From positions 4,984,231 to 5,048,230 of the forward strand of contig NC_134033.1 in assembly GCF_964204645.1 (NCBI RefSeq): a stretch of 64,000 bases of DNA, read 5' to 3'. Below are positions 51,020 through 64,000 of this stretch, one piece after another. The position numbers and the translations under genes were made by a program. The DNA comes from Tubulanus polymorphus (taxonomy: Eukaryota > Animalia > Nemertea). Each line of letters opens with the position of its first letter. Within the stretch, counting starts at the first letter, position 1. The notes under the pieces were generated by a model. That model had not been told where the DNA came from. It was given only the letters and a program-made list of their open reading frames with translations, and made no database searches.

Positions 51020-54000
51020 ATGCAGCGAATGAAAGCGTTGTTCGTAGTTTTACTGATCGCTTGCGGAGACTGTATATTTACGCGGGCTGATCGCGCAAAC
51101 TCTGTCGAGGAAGCCGCGTCTGTTACAGTCAGTTCATCTTGTAAGAAGACTCAATACTCCGTCGATTCTACGTCCGGTTACATCGTTTCACCGAACTATC
51201 CCTCGTTAGTGCACGGTGTTGAATGTCGTTGGTTCGTCGACAGCTCTTTACCGGGAAGTTTTCTCGTTCAAGTTTACTACGACATCGAGCCGTCGATATT
51301 CTGTAACGAGAACTGCCCTCTCATCGGTAAATCCGACAACAAACTCTGCGCTACCAGTAGAAAACCACTTGAAATCGGCAGTAACGATTTGATTTCGTTG
51401 TTGTTTAGGAGTAACGTCGATGGAGCGCGAGGTAGTCGGGTTCATATCATATATCGTTTTCTAGAACAGAGTCGCTTGAAAATCGAATATAAATGCATTA
51501 TTTATTAACGGTGGAGTAAAAGAATTACCAACTCAAACAGGTTATAAATTCACGATTTCTACCTCTCGGTGTATATTGTTGTTAGAATGGATCGGGAAGC
51601 CAGACGGGTTTGCAATGAATTTAACGTTTATACAGTTAGATTTCAGATTAAAACCAGGAGAGTATCCAATGAAAACTCGTCCTCAAATTTACGACGGATG
51701 GAACAGCACCAGTGAACCTATAGCTCTTATACTAGAACAAACCGGACATCCACCTTCGTCGTGTTATACTAAAACTTATAAAGCACGTATTGAATTCATT
51801 TCAACTAGATCTTGGTTTCAGTCGCAGTTACTCATGCGAGTTTACAAAATATAATTTTGGAACATCTCTAACCCGTTAATTCAAATCTATAATAAATCAG
51901 GACTGCTCACTACAATTGATGGAATACCACATATAGTAACTAAGTCTAAACACTTATACTGCTGGTCTATCACAGTCGATGTTCTGCAGTACGTCATCTT
52001 CAACTGGACACGTGATCTCGTCTCGTCACCAGGTGTCGTTGGTGTATATAAACAGGAAGGGTTACGTATTGTGAGAACTGATATTTTACTCAGTTTTAAC
52101 CATCTTATATCTCTGAGTGTAAAATCAGACGGATTTCTCGTGATTCTGTGCGTTTTAACGACATCGCATTTTTTTAAATCAAATTTGAAAATAGAATTCG
52201 AAGTGAAATCAATGAAAATATCAGACGACCACGTCAACAAGCCAAGGATATCGGTAAATTAAAAACAATGATTTGTAAATTAGGTTCGTGTAATAGAATC
52301 ATTGTAATAATCTATGATTTTGATGGCGATTTTGACGAGTGAAACTTTGCCGAGAAACTTGGAATGACAACGTTATGTGTGACCCAAAGCACATGTTGTT
52401 TACGCGGAGTAATTATGATGATTAGTGGAAGAATTTAAATTATTTTGGATTACAACTAGAACTATTATCGATATTTTGCTGTTTGTTAGTGGTTTGAAAT
52501 TGTCGTATTGTAAACATTCAATACTGTAATCAATTCTCTTATATTTCAGCATTCAATCACAAAGTTTGTGATTGAATGCTGAAATATAAGAACTCAATAT
52601 CAGCTAATCGATTGTTCCCAAGATCAAAGACTACATTTTATCGTGTAACTACATTACAACTAAACTGGAAAGTGAACATCTATGAAGAACAGTTGAAACT
52701 AACAGCGCTATCAGAAAACTGTGATCGAGCTGGTTTTTATAATTTTGATGGTATAATTTCACAGCTAGACGCTATGGTCCGTATTGTCCTGGTTCATACT
52801 ACGGTCGATCTGTCGTCAGCCTGATTACATCAGGTGGACCGGTTACTGTAGTAGCATACGCTTATTACTATAACAATCGGTTAACTGTTGGTTGTCCTAG
52901 CAGGTCATCTCTTGAATTTGCTCCTACTGATTGTGATGGTTATGTTCTACAAGAAGAAGAACGTCAGATCAATATGACGTCACACTGTCTCGTGATTACA
53001 CCTGAAAATCGACGCCATCGCTTGAAAAATATTCACATATTATCAGAACACGAATATCAAATTGACCGATGTTTTCTCAAGATGACATTATTATGTGATC
53101 AGTTTCTGAGTTTGAGTAATCAGTTTCTTAATAACAGTCTTGTATTAAACTTCACAGTTAATGAGCGGTTCCTGAACTTCGCTGAAAAGCTGAAACACTG
53201 AAAAGCTGAAACGCTGAAATAAAAACGCTGAAATTTCAGGGAATTTCCGAAAAACGCCGAAATTTCAGGGAATTCCCGAAAAACGCTGAAATCGTGCTAG
53301 GTACCGACAATACACGTTTTGAAATGTTTTCCGGGCCGGTGTCCGCTGACGAGTCCTGAACCGTGTTTTATGCTCTACCTTCGGTTACAGAGACATGCCT
53401 TATGGTCGTCGTCATGACCGACTTGATCGATTGCGGATTGCGTGGATTGTTAGATGTGTTTTTTGCCATAGTTTTATGTGCATATACCGGTACGATCTAA
53501 CAATGAAGTTATCACTTCATTTGAATAAATTCTTAATCACAGTAATATTAATTCACAATATTTTTTCTTATGTTTGGTGATTTCTTGCAACGTATCATTG
53601 CCAAGTCTCATACAAGTAGTAGCTGAATGAAAGTACAGTTAGGCTGAACCTGATAACCCAAATTAAGTGCTAGCATAGAACTAATGATTATTTTGATTCT
53701 ATTTTCGGTGTCATTGAAATTCGTTAATAAAGGTTTTAACCGTCATAGTATACTGTACTTGGCATTGCTACAATTGGGTGCCATATTTCTACAATTTCTA
53801 CAAGGAGGAAGGAATCTTTAAGTGTCTTTGTTCCCGGGTAGGGTACGGGGTAAAACCTGGTTTACTTTCTCTTTCGACTTGCCGGAGACTACTATCTGCA
53901 ATGTATTGCATGCTTTGATGTGTCTGGCCTATAGGAGTCGAACGATATTTTTTTCCCATACACAGGCATGGCTTTAGTGTAGATGAAGGCTAGGCACTGC

Positions 54001-55955
54001 ACATTGTGGATTGACTGGAACTCTTAACTCACAAAATTAAACGAGTCAACAAGAAAGATCCAATAATTGGACATTTGTCTAACTATATTATTTAACAGCT
54101 TGAAATAACACATTCTGCAAGAGTATACAAAGGAAATCAGTTCTTACATTATATCAGAATCAATAGTTCGCTTAACTCTGGCTAGAATTCTGGTTCCATT
54201 GCTTCATATTCTAATGAAATCCACTAGTATACCTTAGAATATCGCTTCTTAGCTTAAGACTAAAAATTTGGTACCAGGAAACAGGGAAGAAAAGTGGGTG
54301 TACTGTACATCCGCAATTGACTTATTTCTCTCTGGTTGAATCAAGTTATTATTGAAATAGCATTCGAATAGCCATTTTATTTTTAAAAATTGTGTCGTTC
54401 AGCTATCCTGCTGCAAATTTCGCAGTTGAAGTTTACTGGTGCCATCTGATTTCTCAGTATCTCAAAAAATTTGCACATTCTAAGCCTGAATCTAAAAATA
54501 GAAAAAGGTGCATTTTAGTCGGATATAAAAGAATAGTGGCTAATACACCCTGGACTATATAGCCTATGGGGTGGGCCTAGTTTGAAAGCACTGAGGTCTG
54601 ACAGAACAGCACTTAGTAAATAAATACTGAAATTAAACTTACAAAACACCCAGTACTTGAGATGATGTACTTGACAAGAAGTGTCACCAGCTAAGCATAT
54701 CAACTTTGTCTATGACTCCTCCTTTTATAGATTCAGTAGTAGTCTAAAAATAAGAATCGGTACATTTTTCTAACAGTCGGTATGTCATTTCTTCAAAAAA
54801 ACTAATTATTATCACGCCACAGCAAATAAATTATTCACAGTTGTTGAATGGTTAGCCCGATTTAGATTAATTGGTTGACGCTAATCAGTATGACCCATAC
54901 GTAGGGGCCTACTGCATGCCATTGGCGTCAATCCATTCCATTCCATTCCACAGTGAATTAAAAAGAACTTTAGTTAGATCCCTTTTGTCCAAAAGCTGCA
55001 TCATTTATATAACTAGCTGTCAAATTTAATTTACCTCCTTCAGAGAATACCATAGTGACATAGTCCGTCGCCCATCAACGTGTTGACAAAAGAAAAGTTG
55101 CTCCATGTTTTATACATGAACGTTCAAATAAGATATTTTGCGTCTTGCAGGGAATATTGAGCATAGTGTTTAAGTTGGCTTGCACGGTTTGTGAATGGGT
55201 TTTCCTCATTATGCTGCCTGTATGCATTAAAAATCCGGATTTCAAGCGAATTAATTTGTCCAACAAGTGGCCCTCTAGAAGTATACTCCACACATACTGT
55301 CCATGCGTGTCTCTGTAACCGAAGGTAGAGACTAAAACACGGTTCAGGACTCGGCAGCGGACACCGGCCCGGAAAATATTTCAAAACGTGTATTGTTGGT
55401 ACCTAGCACGATTTCAGCGTTTTTCGGGAATTCCCTGAAATTTCGGCGTTTTTCGGAAATTCCCTGAAATTTCAGCGTTTTTATTTCTGCGTTTCAGCGT
55501 TTCAGTGATTCAGCTTTTTCAGCGAAGTTCAGGAACCGGTTAATGAGTTTGTATTCTGGCAGGAACCACTGATAGTTAAACTACGTTGTCAATGTCGGGG
55601 AGTGAAAAAAGCGCATAAGTTTTGGATTTGCCGGTTCCCGTCTCCCAGTTGCTACTAAAGATAAATGTGGACTCGTGCAGTCACCGAACTACCCGGGTTC
55701 GGCAGGAAGTACATCTAAATCTTTTTTCTACGAATTTGAAAAACCCGATACAACATAATATATTTCAATATTTCAGATTTATCGTCAAATCTATTGGATC
55801 AGTTTCATGTGAAACAAACAACGTGGATGCGAATGATCCGATCATTTTGATACACAGCTGATAAAGTAATACCTCTTTCAAAATGGAAAACTGTTCAAAT
55901 TTATAAGGACCCAACACAAAACTTTAATATGTGAAAATAACGCGGTTCGTGGACT
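51020..55955 (+). pseudogene. GRL101-like copy 3: truncated pseudogene (CUB region only), preceded by ~400 bp of duplicated upstream sequence (50610-51019)
   Basis: Collinear with 35475-38960; stops at 51506 and 51852, frameshifts, transposon insertion; no LDLa/LRR/7TM downstream. Confidence 0.92.
53166..55538. mobile_element. Non-autonomous Mutator-like (MULE) element, ~230-bp TIRs, 9-bp TSD GTTAATGAG
   Basis: CGGTTCCTGAACTTCGCTGAAAA... at left and its reverse complement at right; TSD at 53157-53165 and 55539-55547; GRL101 homology resumes right after it. Confidence 0.9.
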
Positions 55956-56019
55956 TAGTATAACTAGATTTATTCACGACTTTAAAAGTTCGTAACCACT
56001 ATAATCTATGGGATAATAT

Positions 56020-56145
56020 ATACCCAGGGGAATAATATAGAATCCAGGAATATCGGACTCGGGGAATAAATAGAACCCCTTTATCTAGGTTTCCCCTGGG
56101 GAACATAGAACCCGTGGGAAATATAGAACCCGGGGAACATGGGTA
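56020..56145. repeat. Short tandem motif cluster GGGGAA(T/C)A..TAGAACCC
   Basis: About six degenerate copies visible just after the end of GRL101 copy 3 homology. Confidence 0.55.
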
Positions 56146-56243
56146 TGGATCGTATTATTTTCAAGTGTCGTCATCTTGCAAGTAAATCCAGTCACAATCT
56201 GTCCCTGGATTAATCCGTAAAGAATAAACAATCTCTCAATCAA

Positions 56244-57341
56244 TTATTTTGAATAACACAGATAACTGATGAGTAATACTTGTTTTGCTTTTTTCCTGAA
56301 GCTGTCGTTCGTTGCGCAATAAACGAAGAAATTTACTGATGAATCAAAAGCACTGAGCAGAATTCCAACTTTCCTCAGGACCATTAGTTCATCTCCGGAT
56401 AAACTGTGGCGTATTCCTAACTTGATTCTGAAGAAATGTAACAATCGCTGTACAGATGCCGGAATTTCGAACACAAAGTACAATAACACAATCAAGAGAA
56501 CCATTTTTAATATTTTCAATTCAGCGGATGTGTTTTTACTTTTCTCACTGATCGCCGCTGAGTTAAATTGTTTCTTCCCATCTATTTTTCTAAATATCAT
56601 GACTCCGAACAAAGTTAGATTTAACATTATTAGAATAATGAAAGGTAAGAGAACCGTCATGAAGATGTAGGTAATGAATGTGAAGTAATACCCATAATCA
56701 TACCGATAATGAAAAGGTGTTCGAGTTGTTTGGCCACCAAAGGCTCCCAATGTAAATACACCTGGAACACAAGGATCGGTGGTCCTTCCGGGTAAACGTA
56801 ATGGAAAATAATGCGGCCAATGACAAACTGCTGAGAAAAACGCGTTGAACAATGATAAGAATATTATTTGTTTTTTGTTCCAGAATCTTCTAAAATACAG
56901 CGGACTCGCGACGACCAAAAGTCTCTCAAAACTTACTATCACAACCGCCCAGTTTCTAGCAGTTTGAAATGTAAAGAACAGCGGCATCGCCCATGTAATG
57001 ATTTCGTGTCCAAAATACCAATCATCATAGTGCATAAGCAGTTTAGTTTTAGTGGTTTTGCTGAAATCGATGATAATAAGACGAAATGGGTAAAGTACGA
57101 ATACTGACAACAGAAATAGTATTTCAAACCAGGCAAGAATTATAATAGTTTGATAAGTGGTACGACCGATCTTTCTGAATACTACAATAGAAACAGAGTT
57201 CAGTATCACTCCCAGAACTGAAACCAACGAATATCCGAAACGGTACAGATTGACACTGAACACATGGTTCCATCGTGTAGGTGGATGTACACAGTGAGGA
57301 GACTCAGCCATCGTCGATGTGAATTGTGATGTAAAATTCAT
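56244..57341 (-). CDS. Intronless rhodopsin-class GPCR, FMRFamide/peptide-receptor-like
   Basis: 365-aa ORF: GVILN (TM1), VSFERLLVVASPL (TM3), LLPF (TM5), FEIP (TM6), DSSVNFFVYC...FR (TM7/H8). Confidence 0.88.
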   Translation of the reverse strand: MNFTSQFTSTMAESPHCVHPPTRWNHVFSVNLYRFGYSLVSVLGVILNSVSIVVFRKIGRTTYQTIIILAWFEILFLLSVFVLYPFRLIIIDFSKTTKTKLLMHYDDWYFGHEIITWAMPLFFTFQTARNWAVVIVSFERLLVVASPLYFRRFWNKKQIIFLSLFNAFFSAVCHWPHYFPLRLPGRTTDPCVPGVFTLGAFGGQTTRTPFHYRYDYGYYFTFITYIFMTVLLPFIILIMLNLTLFGVMIFRKIDGKKQFNSAAISEKSKNTSAELKILKMVLLIVLLYFVFEIPASVQRLLHFFRIKLGIRHSLSGDELMVLRKVGILLSAFDSSVNFFVYCATNDSFRKKAKQVLLISYLCYSK

Positions 57342-59471
57342 ATTTCAATAGCAGTAATCAGCTGGCAGTTTAATAGCGAGAGACACGTAGCCTCCCGTTA
57401 TCTATACTCGTGTCATACATAACCTGCAATCATCTGCACGACTGTATCGTATCGCTCATCTCCATCATGCAGTGCCAGAAATTACTTGCTGAAATACGTT
57501 TTATTCGATATCTCCGATGGAATATGTTTTTTGCGAAAATAGCGGAACTCTATTAAACTACCAGAACAAGTCGTGGCTTTCCTCGACTGTTTGATAGGAC
57601 AGTAATATTACTAGAGTTTGGAAAAGAAGGCGTAACTAGGTCATAACTAGGTGTCTAATGAAGACGGGACATGCATTTAGAAAAAGGGGACAATATATTC
57701 TGTTTTTATTTCATTTTTCAAATCGAGAAGGCATGTGGTGACCCGACGTCCGGCGTCATTTGGCACACTGTGAACAATATACTTCGGTCAAAATATGTGC
57801 AAGAGTTGAACGCGGATATTTCCGACATATCTTCCGACGTATATTTTTCCGAGATAATTCGGTCTTCAACGAAAGTGACACAGGTTAATGGGATCGGCAG
57901 ATCCCGACACAAGTAGGATATTTCCTGCGCTCGATTGCTGTTGTAAAGCGATTTACATCGGATATAATCGAATATGAGCGGTTGTGTCCGACCAGTAACG
58001 ATCGGGATTATTCCAATCCGAATTTTGCCATTCCATGGCGTAGGCGTTTTCCGATTATCGCAGGGAAATTCCGATAAAAACCATTGGATATCTCAGAATG
58101 TTTGTCTCAAATAACCTGTTAAGTCAACATTTTCCAAAACAATGTCAATGTTGACCTGTAACAGGCTATCTGATTGCAACAGACATCCCGAAACTAAAAA
58201 GGAAAATATCTGCAACATATGTTATCAATGGGAAATCCGCGTGCAATAGATAAGCAAACGGATGAAGAGAAAGGTGAAAATGGTTAGATCAAAAATATCA
58301 TCGGACCTTCCTGACCTGACCTTATCAGCCCTATGGGCGACAATTCCTTTCAAGGAGTCAAGAACGATATTGCCGCTAGATTTCCGGGCCTGTAGTCAGC
58401 CATGTCTTCGGAGGGTGGATTGTCACTGAATTGATCGACCTTTTATTTCTATGAAAGTTGAACCATTTGTAAGGTTAATTACCACGTAAATTCCGGGTCC
58501 TGTGAGAACTTACGTAAACAATTTTCTTTTCCAAATTGATAGAAGCAAATTGATAGGTAGTTTCACAACTTCTAGAATATTTGGGCTGAAGTTTTTCTTC
58601 TTTAACCAACAATTTTGCCTCCGATCAATTAAGTTTGTAAGCGTGCGCATATTATATAAACGAAAAAAAAAACAACGAAAGAAAAGTTTTAGTAAATGAG
58701 TAAATTCAGTTGATGCCCGATACTCCGTTACTTGTCTGAAGCAATTCATGTAAATCAAAACTTATCAAACTGTCTCGTCGTCGCTCTCTTGAACTGACCC
58801 GTTCCAACAACTGTTGTTAGCCAAGGCGAAGATAGAACCGTTTGTCCAGTTTCTCGACTAATTTGTGTCACTAATTTTCTGTCGCAGTCTCCTGCCTGAC
58901 TAACTTGTGACTGACCTTGAACTCGTGGATAAAGGTGCTGCAGGTGACCTGATCAGAAAGCTGAGTTTTAGAGTGACCTGAAATATGTGTTTAAAGACGT
59001 AAGTTTTAGTATAGTATGTTCATAAGTACAACTTAAAACATTATAAGATTCGTAGAAGAAATAATAAGGCCGCGCAAAAAGATGACGACGGTCGAAGGAT
59101 TTTATTTTTAACTCCCTTTTAACCCTTTCAGTTCTGACTAATTAATACCCTATAGTGCTGGAGATAATTTGAAATTTTTTAGAAATTCCACCCTATTCTG
59201 TAGAATAACGGGAATACCACTATATTGTGCGTCTACACCGCGGTGCGGCGTATCGTTAGTTACTAGTATTTTACTATGTTTGACAGGTGTTGTCATTTTT
59301 CAAGATAGATAATTATTAATTATATCAATACACCGCAGTGTGGTGTACTAGCAAAATCTATCACTGATTTATACACCATAGGGTTATCCCTTCTCTATGA
59401 TAAGATAATTCGAATTTTCTTGCAAAGTTTATGGATTCAATGTTGCAACTTTGTTGGCGAATTCTTTGTAG

Positions 59472-59734
59472 ATTTTGTAATTGATACCGTGTCAAAGAAT
59501 CTGCCTTCGTCCGATATCAACCCACTCGAACCAGTTACAACCACAGCGTCTGAAACTCACTGCGGTTTGAAATGTGTTTTGAATCGTGAATGTGATTTGT
59601 TCGTCATCAAACGACAAAATAACATCGTCAAATGTCGTTTATATAATACAGATCTGATTGCCGTTGGTCAATGGCAACAAGCCACTGATGAAGTTATCTA
59701 TAAAGATGAGTCTAGATTCAGACACATCACATAA
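59472..59734 (+). CDS. PAN/apple-domain exon (probable terminal exon; upstream exons not identified)
   Basis: Acceptor TTCTTTGTAG; SETHCGLKCVLNRECDLFVI...KCRLYN is the PAN/apple cysteine pattern. Confidence 0.6.
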
Positions 59735-62324
59735 GTCTAATAACGCATTTTGCTGATTGATTAACCGTGAAAGCTTCGATGTTAGCAAATCACGATAATT
59801 CAATATATGTCAATAATATAATGGAAATTATAGCGTTATCAAACGTAACATTTATTCAAATAGACAAAGCCAGGTTGCGACCAACTCGAGAGAGAAATAC
59901 GTAACGCAATGTATTTTGATATTCTTATTCGATTCTTAATGAAGGATTCATTTTGTTGTCAATCTTTTTAATCTAGTGGCTTTTAATCTATACTCTTTAA
60001 AACGATACTTTAATTCTTCAATAAACTCCATAACATGTTTGAATCGAGTCTGTCGCGTGGGACGAAGCTATATCGGATTTATACGCCTGTGAATTCGTGA
60101 AAATCCAAAGCCAGAATGCGTAATGTCTATTAATCTACGTCTGGGATCGTTTTTGGATATCGTTCGAACACATACCTCAGTTCGGTCTTAATACGACCAG
60201 TGAAACAGTGCAGGGTAAATAAACCATCGTTTTTTTATATCCATTCTACAATACAGCATTGTTTAGATTAATTAAAGGCTTATCAGTTGTAACATACACA
60301 GAACACGTAGATGCGGTCTCACCTGACGCGGCACTGGCATGAGTACAGGCCCGATGCACAAGTCACTGCGGAGGGGTCATCAGACAATGTTGATCGTAGA
60401 TTAATTGCCTACGTTTTAAGATTTTCTGCAGAAGTAAATGAACAGGACCAAACAAAAAAAAAAACAAATTACTGATTTTGTACTTAAATATTCAAAAAGA
60501 GTAAATGATACTTCTATATAATTGAAAGATATTGTCTTGCTATATTCAAATTAAAGGAGACTGTAGTTCACTATACACATAGAGAACCATTTGACAATGT
60601 TATTTACCATTTTCCGAGATATGGGTTCATGAAATAAATCTTGCGGGGCAGTATGATATACAGCTTCCGTGGTACATTGAACTTACCTATGTCTCAACAT
60701 GCGTCGCACGTGTATTATGTAAAAAGTCACACAATTCTTTCTCCCGGCTACAGTGCGTAATTGGAGTCTGATCGTTGTAAAGATGAGCACGACTGATTGT
60801 TGTAAAGCAGATGGTGGACTCGTGAAAATAATATATTTAGTTCGTTTACGCAGCGACTGTTTAATCGCTGCATTCATTCTCAATTCTCGCATTAAGTTTC
60901 AAATGTATTGATTTAAAAAACCGTTTCAATAAATGGTTATTAAGATTTGACGATTTCTGTGATATTTTGGCCATGCATCATTTTCCCTCGTTGCGTGTCT
61001 CAAGTTACCCCGGTTACTTTGCCACAATTCTACAAATTTTCAAAGTCTAATTTCACCATACTGCTTCTGGACGATATTTAAATGTAAATGGTGTTGTTTC
61101 TCATAGACGTATTAAATTGTTATTTTACTATCCTGGTTTAGTTTATGCAAATTATCTAATATGGTGTATGGCGTATAGGTCAACAAATGTCTTAACCTAC
61201 CCCGGTCTTTCCGACTTCTGTCATTTCTATTTATGATTCAAGAAATAGATTTATGCTCAATCGTTTTCGTTGTACTGCAAGACTTAGCACAAGGGGATTG
61301 TTTAGCATATTGAAAATACCTACTTCATTTAATTCATTTCATTTCATCTTAAGACATCGACAAAATGGAGTTCCGGTATAAGCACTATTATTCGAAAATG
61401 GAATTTTAATGTTAACACTGATCAATACCCGGTTCATTTCTTGCGCCTCTGCCATTCTGTCCCCCTTCATGGTCGTTGTGTGGTACGTAGGGGTTGAGGT
61501 CCGGAGGGAAAAAACCTGTCCCAGGCATATCAGCAAGAAGACTTGTAGAATAAGCACGGATTAACAGTTTATTTTACATCAGAGTTTACATGCAGTAAAT
61601 TTATATGAAATGCCGGAACTATCGGAAATGTGACTGGCAACTAGCAGGTAGTAATAATTATAGTTGAAGAAAGGGAACCCACATTTATCAAATAGTGATT
61701 CGCGATTAAGATTGACATAGGAGGAGAAAATATCCTTTCATCACGATACAGAATTATAGCTCATTTGCTGTTAATTATCATGCATTACAACTTCGTGTTG
61801 TTTTGTAGTAAATAGTCAAGCCATTCGTATCTAGTTTATCAATCCCACAATAACCGTTATTCTGTTTGCAAAAAAACGTCATGGCGCATTCGGTTGGCTT
61901 GAGGAGTAATAGATAAGGCGGATCCGTGCGTGCTTAAGTTGTAAGATTGGCTGTAGAACTAAGTTGGTCTTAGACTGGACTTAAGTATAAGCCATGACTG
62001 TGCAACCGGCCCCTGATATACCACCATGCCCCCTATACCACCAAAATCGCCCTGCACCGATGTGGGCGGTATATCGGGATTAACTATTAGATATCTATGT
62101 CTATTTGAATATATTCTCTATATCAATAGGAATATAAATTTGATTATAACACTAAAAACCGGGAAAGACTACGTCTATTATGATAAAGCTATATTTAACG
62201 ACAATGACTAAACGACTACACTGTATCAATTTGTTTCGAAGCTCTGTATCGGAACGACATTACTGACGTCACGTCGCAGTCGACCTGAACCCACCTACTG
62301 TATCTGATTCTCGATTATCTTCGC

Positions 62325-64000
62325 TTATTCGCTCGCTGTTTTGGAGGCTTTGGAGGTTTGACCCAATTTGAATTCCGCTCGACACATATCGAACACTCGT
62401 TTGTTGACGATAAAAGCCAAGAAAACCAGACAACCTTGAGACGAGTTCAACAAATTGAAGAAATACCAGAGATAATCGTTATTTACGAACGACGCTACGA
62501 ACCCGACCACCCACGTGACCACAGTCACTAAAGCCATCCGGTAGAAAATGAATGTGGTCGTTCTCATCTGTTTGGCGTTAGATGAAGAAGTGGCCATCGC
62601 GGAAAATGACCGGTGAATGCAGTAAACTGTAGCTACGAATAGAATTATACTGACCAGATCGATAATACCGATCGGTAGAACGAACGCCATCAATAGGGAG
62701 AAACTGGAACTAAACCAACAAGTAACGGGGCTACCGTAAACCGCACCGGAGTACTGAGTGGTATCGGTGTTGTGTAGGACGATACAGGGTCCGACAATGA
62801 GGAATGGAGAAAACCAAACTGATAGTAGATAGTACAGTAACGTCTTAGGAGAATCGACCAGTTTACGAACAGCAGAAAATGTTGTGAACATGTGAACAGA
62901 AACAGCGGCCATAGACGCGAAAACAACCATCCAAATATAGTGTTTAACAGCGGCCATCGACACGCATAGTAATCGATTATCAACGCCGACCAGGCTGGAA
63001 ATATGAAGAGTTTGAGCCACTGCGAGAGTTATACAGAGATTGACGATGAGTTTACCGGGAAGAGTTCGCAGATCGGGAATATTCAAATAGGTTACCACCG
63101 TTATCACGAGACTGACGACGGATAGACAGCTACAGGTGAAGGTTATCAGAAAATCTCGATCGGAAAATAACGAACTGACCGTTATTTTGAATTTTGAATT
63201 GTTTTGTTGTCTGCAAACCATGGCTCCTGTACTAGAATACACTCGCACGCAGTCGATGATTTTAGTGGAACATTTACTCGATTTTACTATTTTCGTTTTT
63301 CCGTCGTCGCTGGTGATTTGAAAAATTCTGTAATATTTGAAAGACTGGTTGGACTGGGCTAGAAACGAGTTACTTCCGGTTTGGGCCATATTATTTTCTA
63401 CGTCTGCCTCTGTATCGATGACGTCACAGCGAGTATTCTTAGTCAAACTCGTAGTCGACAACTCGTAACCGGAAATGGTCACCAGACTGCCATCATTACC
63501 GAATTGACACGTGATCATCGCCTCATATTTGCTCAAGATTGATTCCATAGTGACGTCACCGAGAAACTCTTCGTGATTGGTAAGCGTGAAGTCGCGTCTG
63601 TACAATGACGATTCATTGCTTAAAGATGATAAACTTCCTATTTCTGTAATCTTTGATTTATGGACATCGCCGCAGACTTTCACTTTGAAATACATCAATT
63701 CATACCCGAAGTTTTTCATAACAAATCGCTGAGTTTCGTTAAACGTAATAAAGAAAGAGAAATACACGCGTACGGATATTCTAGGCCATTCGTTCTCAAC
63801 AAGCCGACAGACGGCGTTGTCTTCGACGGTACCCAGGAGCCGGTATCCACGTATACAGTCGTATCCGCGACATCTACGCGTCTCCTGGTCAAATATTTCG
63901 TTTGTTTCCGAGCAGAGAAAGTCTTTCGGCGCCCACGAGATGACGGGCATTCCCGCAGTTCGAAATTCTACGCCGTTCGCGAGACTGAAATCGAGTAAGA
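62325..64000 (-). CDS. Secretin/adhesion-class (Methuselah/latrophilin-like) 7TM receptor; N-terminus outside window
   Basis: LRTLPGKLIVNL, CVSMAAVKHYIW, YGSPVTCW, TWVVGF, LNSSQG..VFLAF; frame stays open (LLDFSLANG...) to the window end. Confidence 0.88.
   Translation of the reverse strand, partial: LLDFSLANGVEFRTAGMPVISWAPKDFLCSETNEIFDQETRRCRGYDCIRGYRLLGTVEDNAVCRLVENEWPRISVRVYFSFFITFNETQRFVMKNFGYELMYFKVKVCGDVHKSKITEIGSLSSLSNESSLYRRDFTLTNHEEFLGDVTMESILSKYEAMITCQFGNDGSLVTISGYELSTTSLTKNTRCDVIDTEADVENNMAQTGSNSFLAQSNQSFKYYRIFQITSDDGKTKIVKSSKCSTKIIDCVRVYSSTGAMVCRQQNNSKFKITVSSLFSDRDFLITFTCSCLSVVSLVITVVTYLNIPDLRTLPGKLIVNLCITLAVAQTLHISSLVGVDNRLLCVSMAAVKHYIWMVVFASMAAVSVHMFTTFSAVRKLVDSPKTLLYYLLSVWFSPFLIVGPCIVLHNTDTTQYSGAVYGSPVTCWFSSSFSLLMAFVLPIGIIDLVSIILFVATVYCIHRSFSAMATSSSNAKQMRTTTFIFYRMALVTVVTWVVGFVASFVNNDYLWYFFNLLNSSQGCLVFLAFIVNKRVFDMCRAEFKLGQTSKASKTASE

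Noticed and set aside
57718-58080. Possible decayed lectin/PAN-like coding segment on the minus strand (AMEWQNSDWNNPDRYW...ISYLCRD)
   Set aside because: Needs frameshifts and lacks a full cysteine pattern; cannot be supported without a search.
61339-61557. Signal-peptide-like short ORF
   Set aside because: No ATG start (GTG only), no recognisable domain, exon structure unresolved.

Overview
AT-rich animal genomic DNA with spliceosomal introns, probably a marine spiralian or other invertebrate (inference from the gene families). The host content is a receptor cluster: three tandem GRL101-like LRR-GPCR copies (3' part of copy 1; an intact ~1,942-aa CUB/C-type lectin/LDLa/LRR/7TM copy 2; a decayed copy 3 interrupted by a MULE-like element with a 9-bp TSD), a TRPV-like ankyrin channel gene with one in-frame stop and an antisense GPCR pseudogene in its intron, an intact peptide-receptor-like GPCR, a PAN/apple exon, and an adhesion/secretin-class GPCR running off the window end. 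The standout is a ~29-kb DNA transposon (4430-33374) between GRL101 copies 1 and 2. It has ~0.9-kb terminal inverted repeats built from arrays of a 14-bp palindrome and a probable TTAA target site. It carries two divergent, microexon-rich genes: a decayed Sola-like (DUF7869-type) DDD transposase and a cargo gene for a ParB/Sulfiredoxin-like domain + coiled coil + bipartite NLS + Tudor/SH3-like protein. Exon models were assembled by eye from GT/AG signals, and family names rest on motif recognition rather than database searches.
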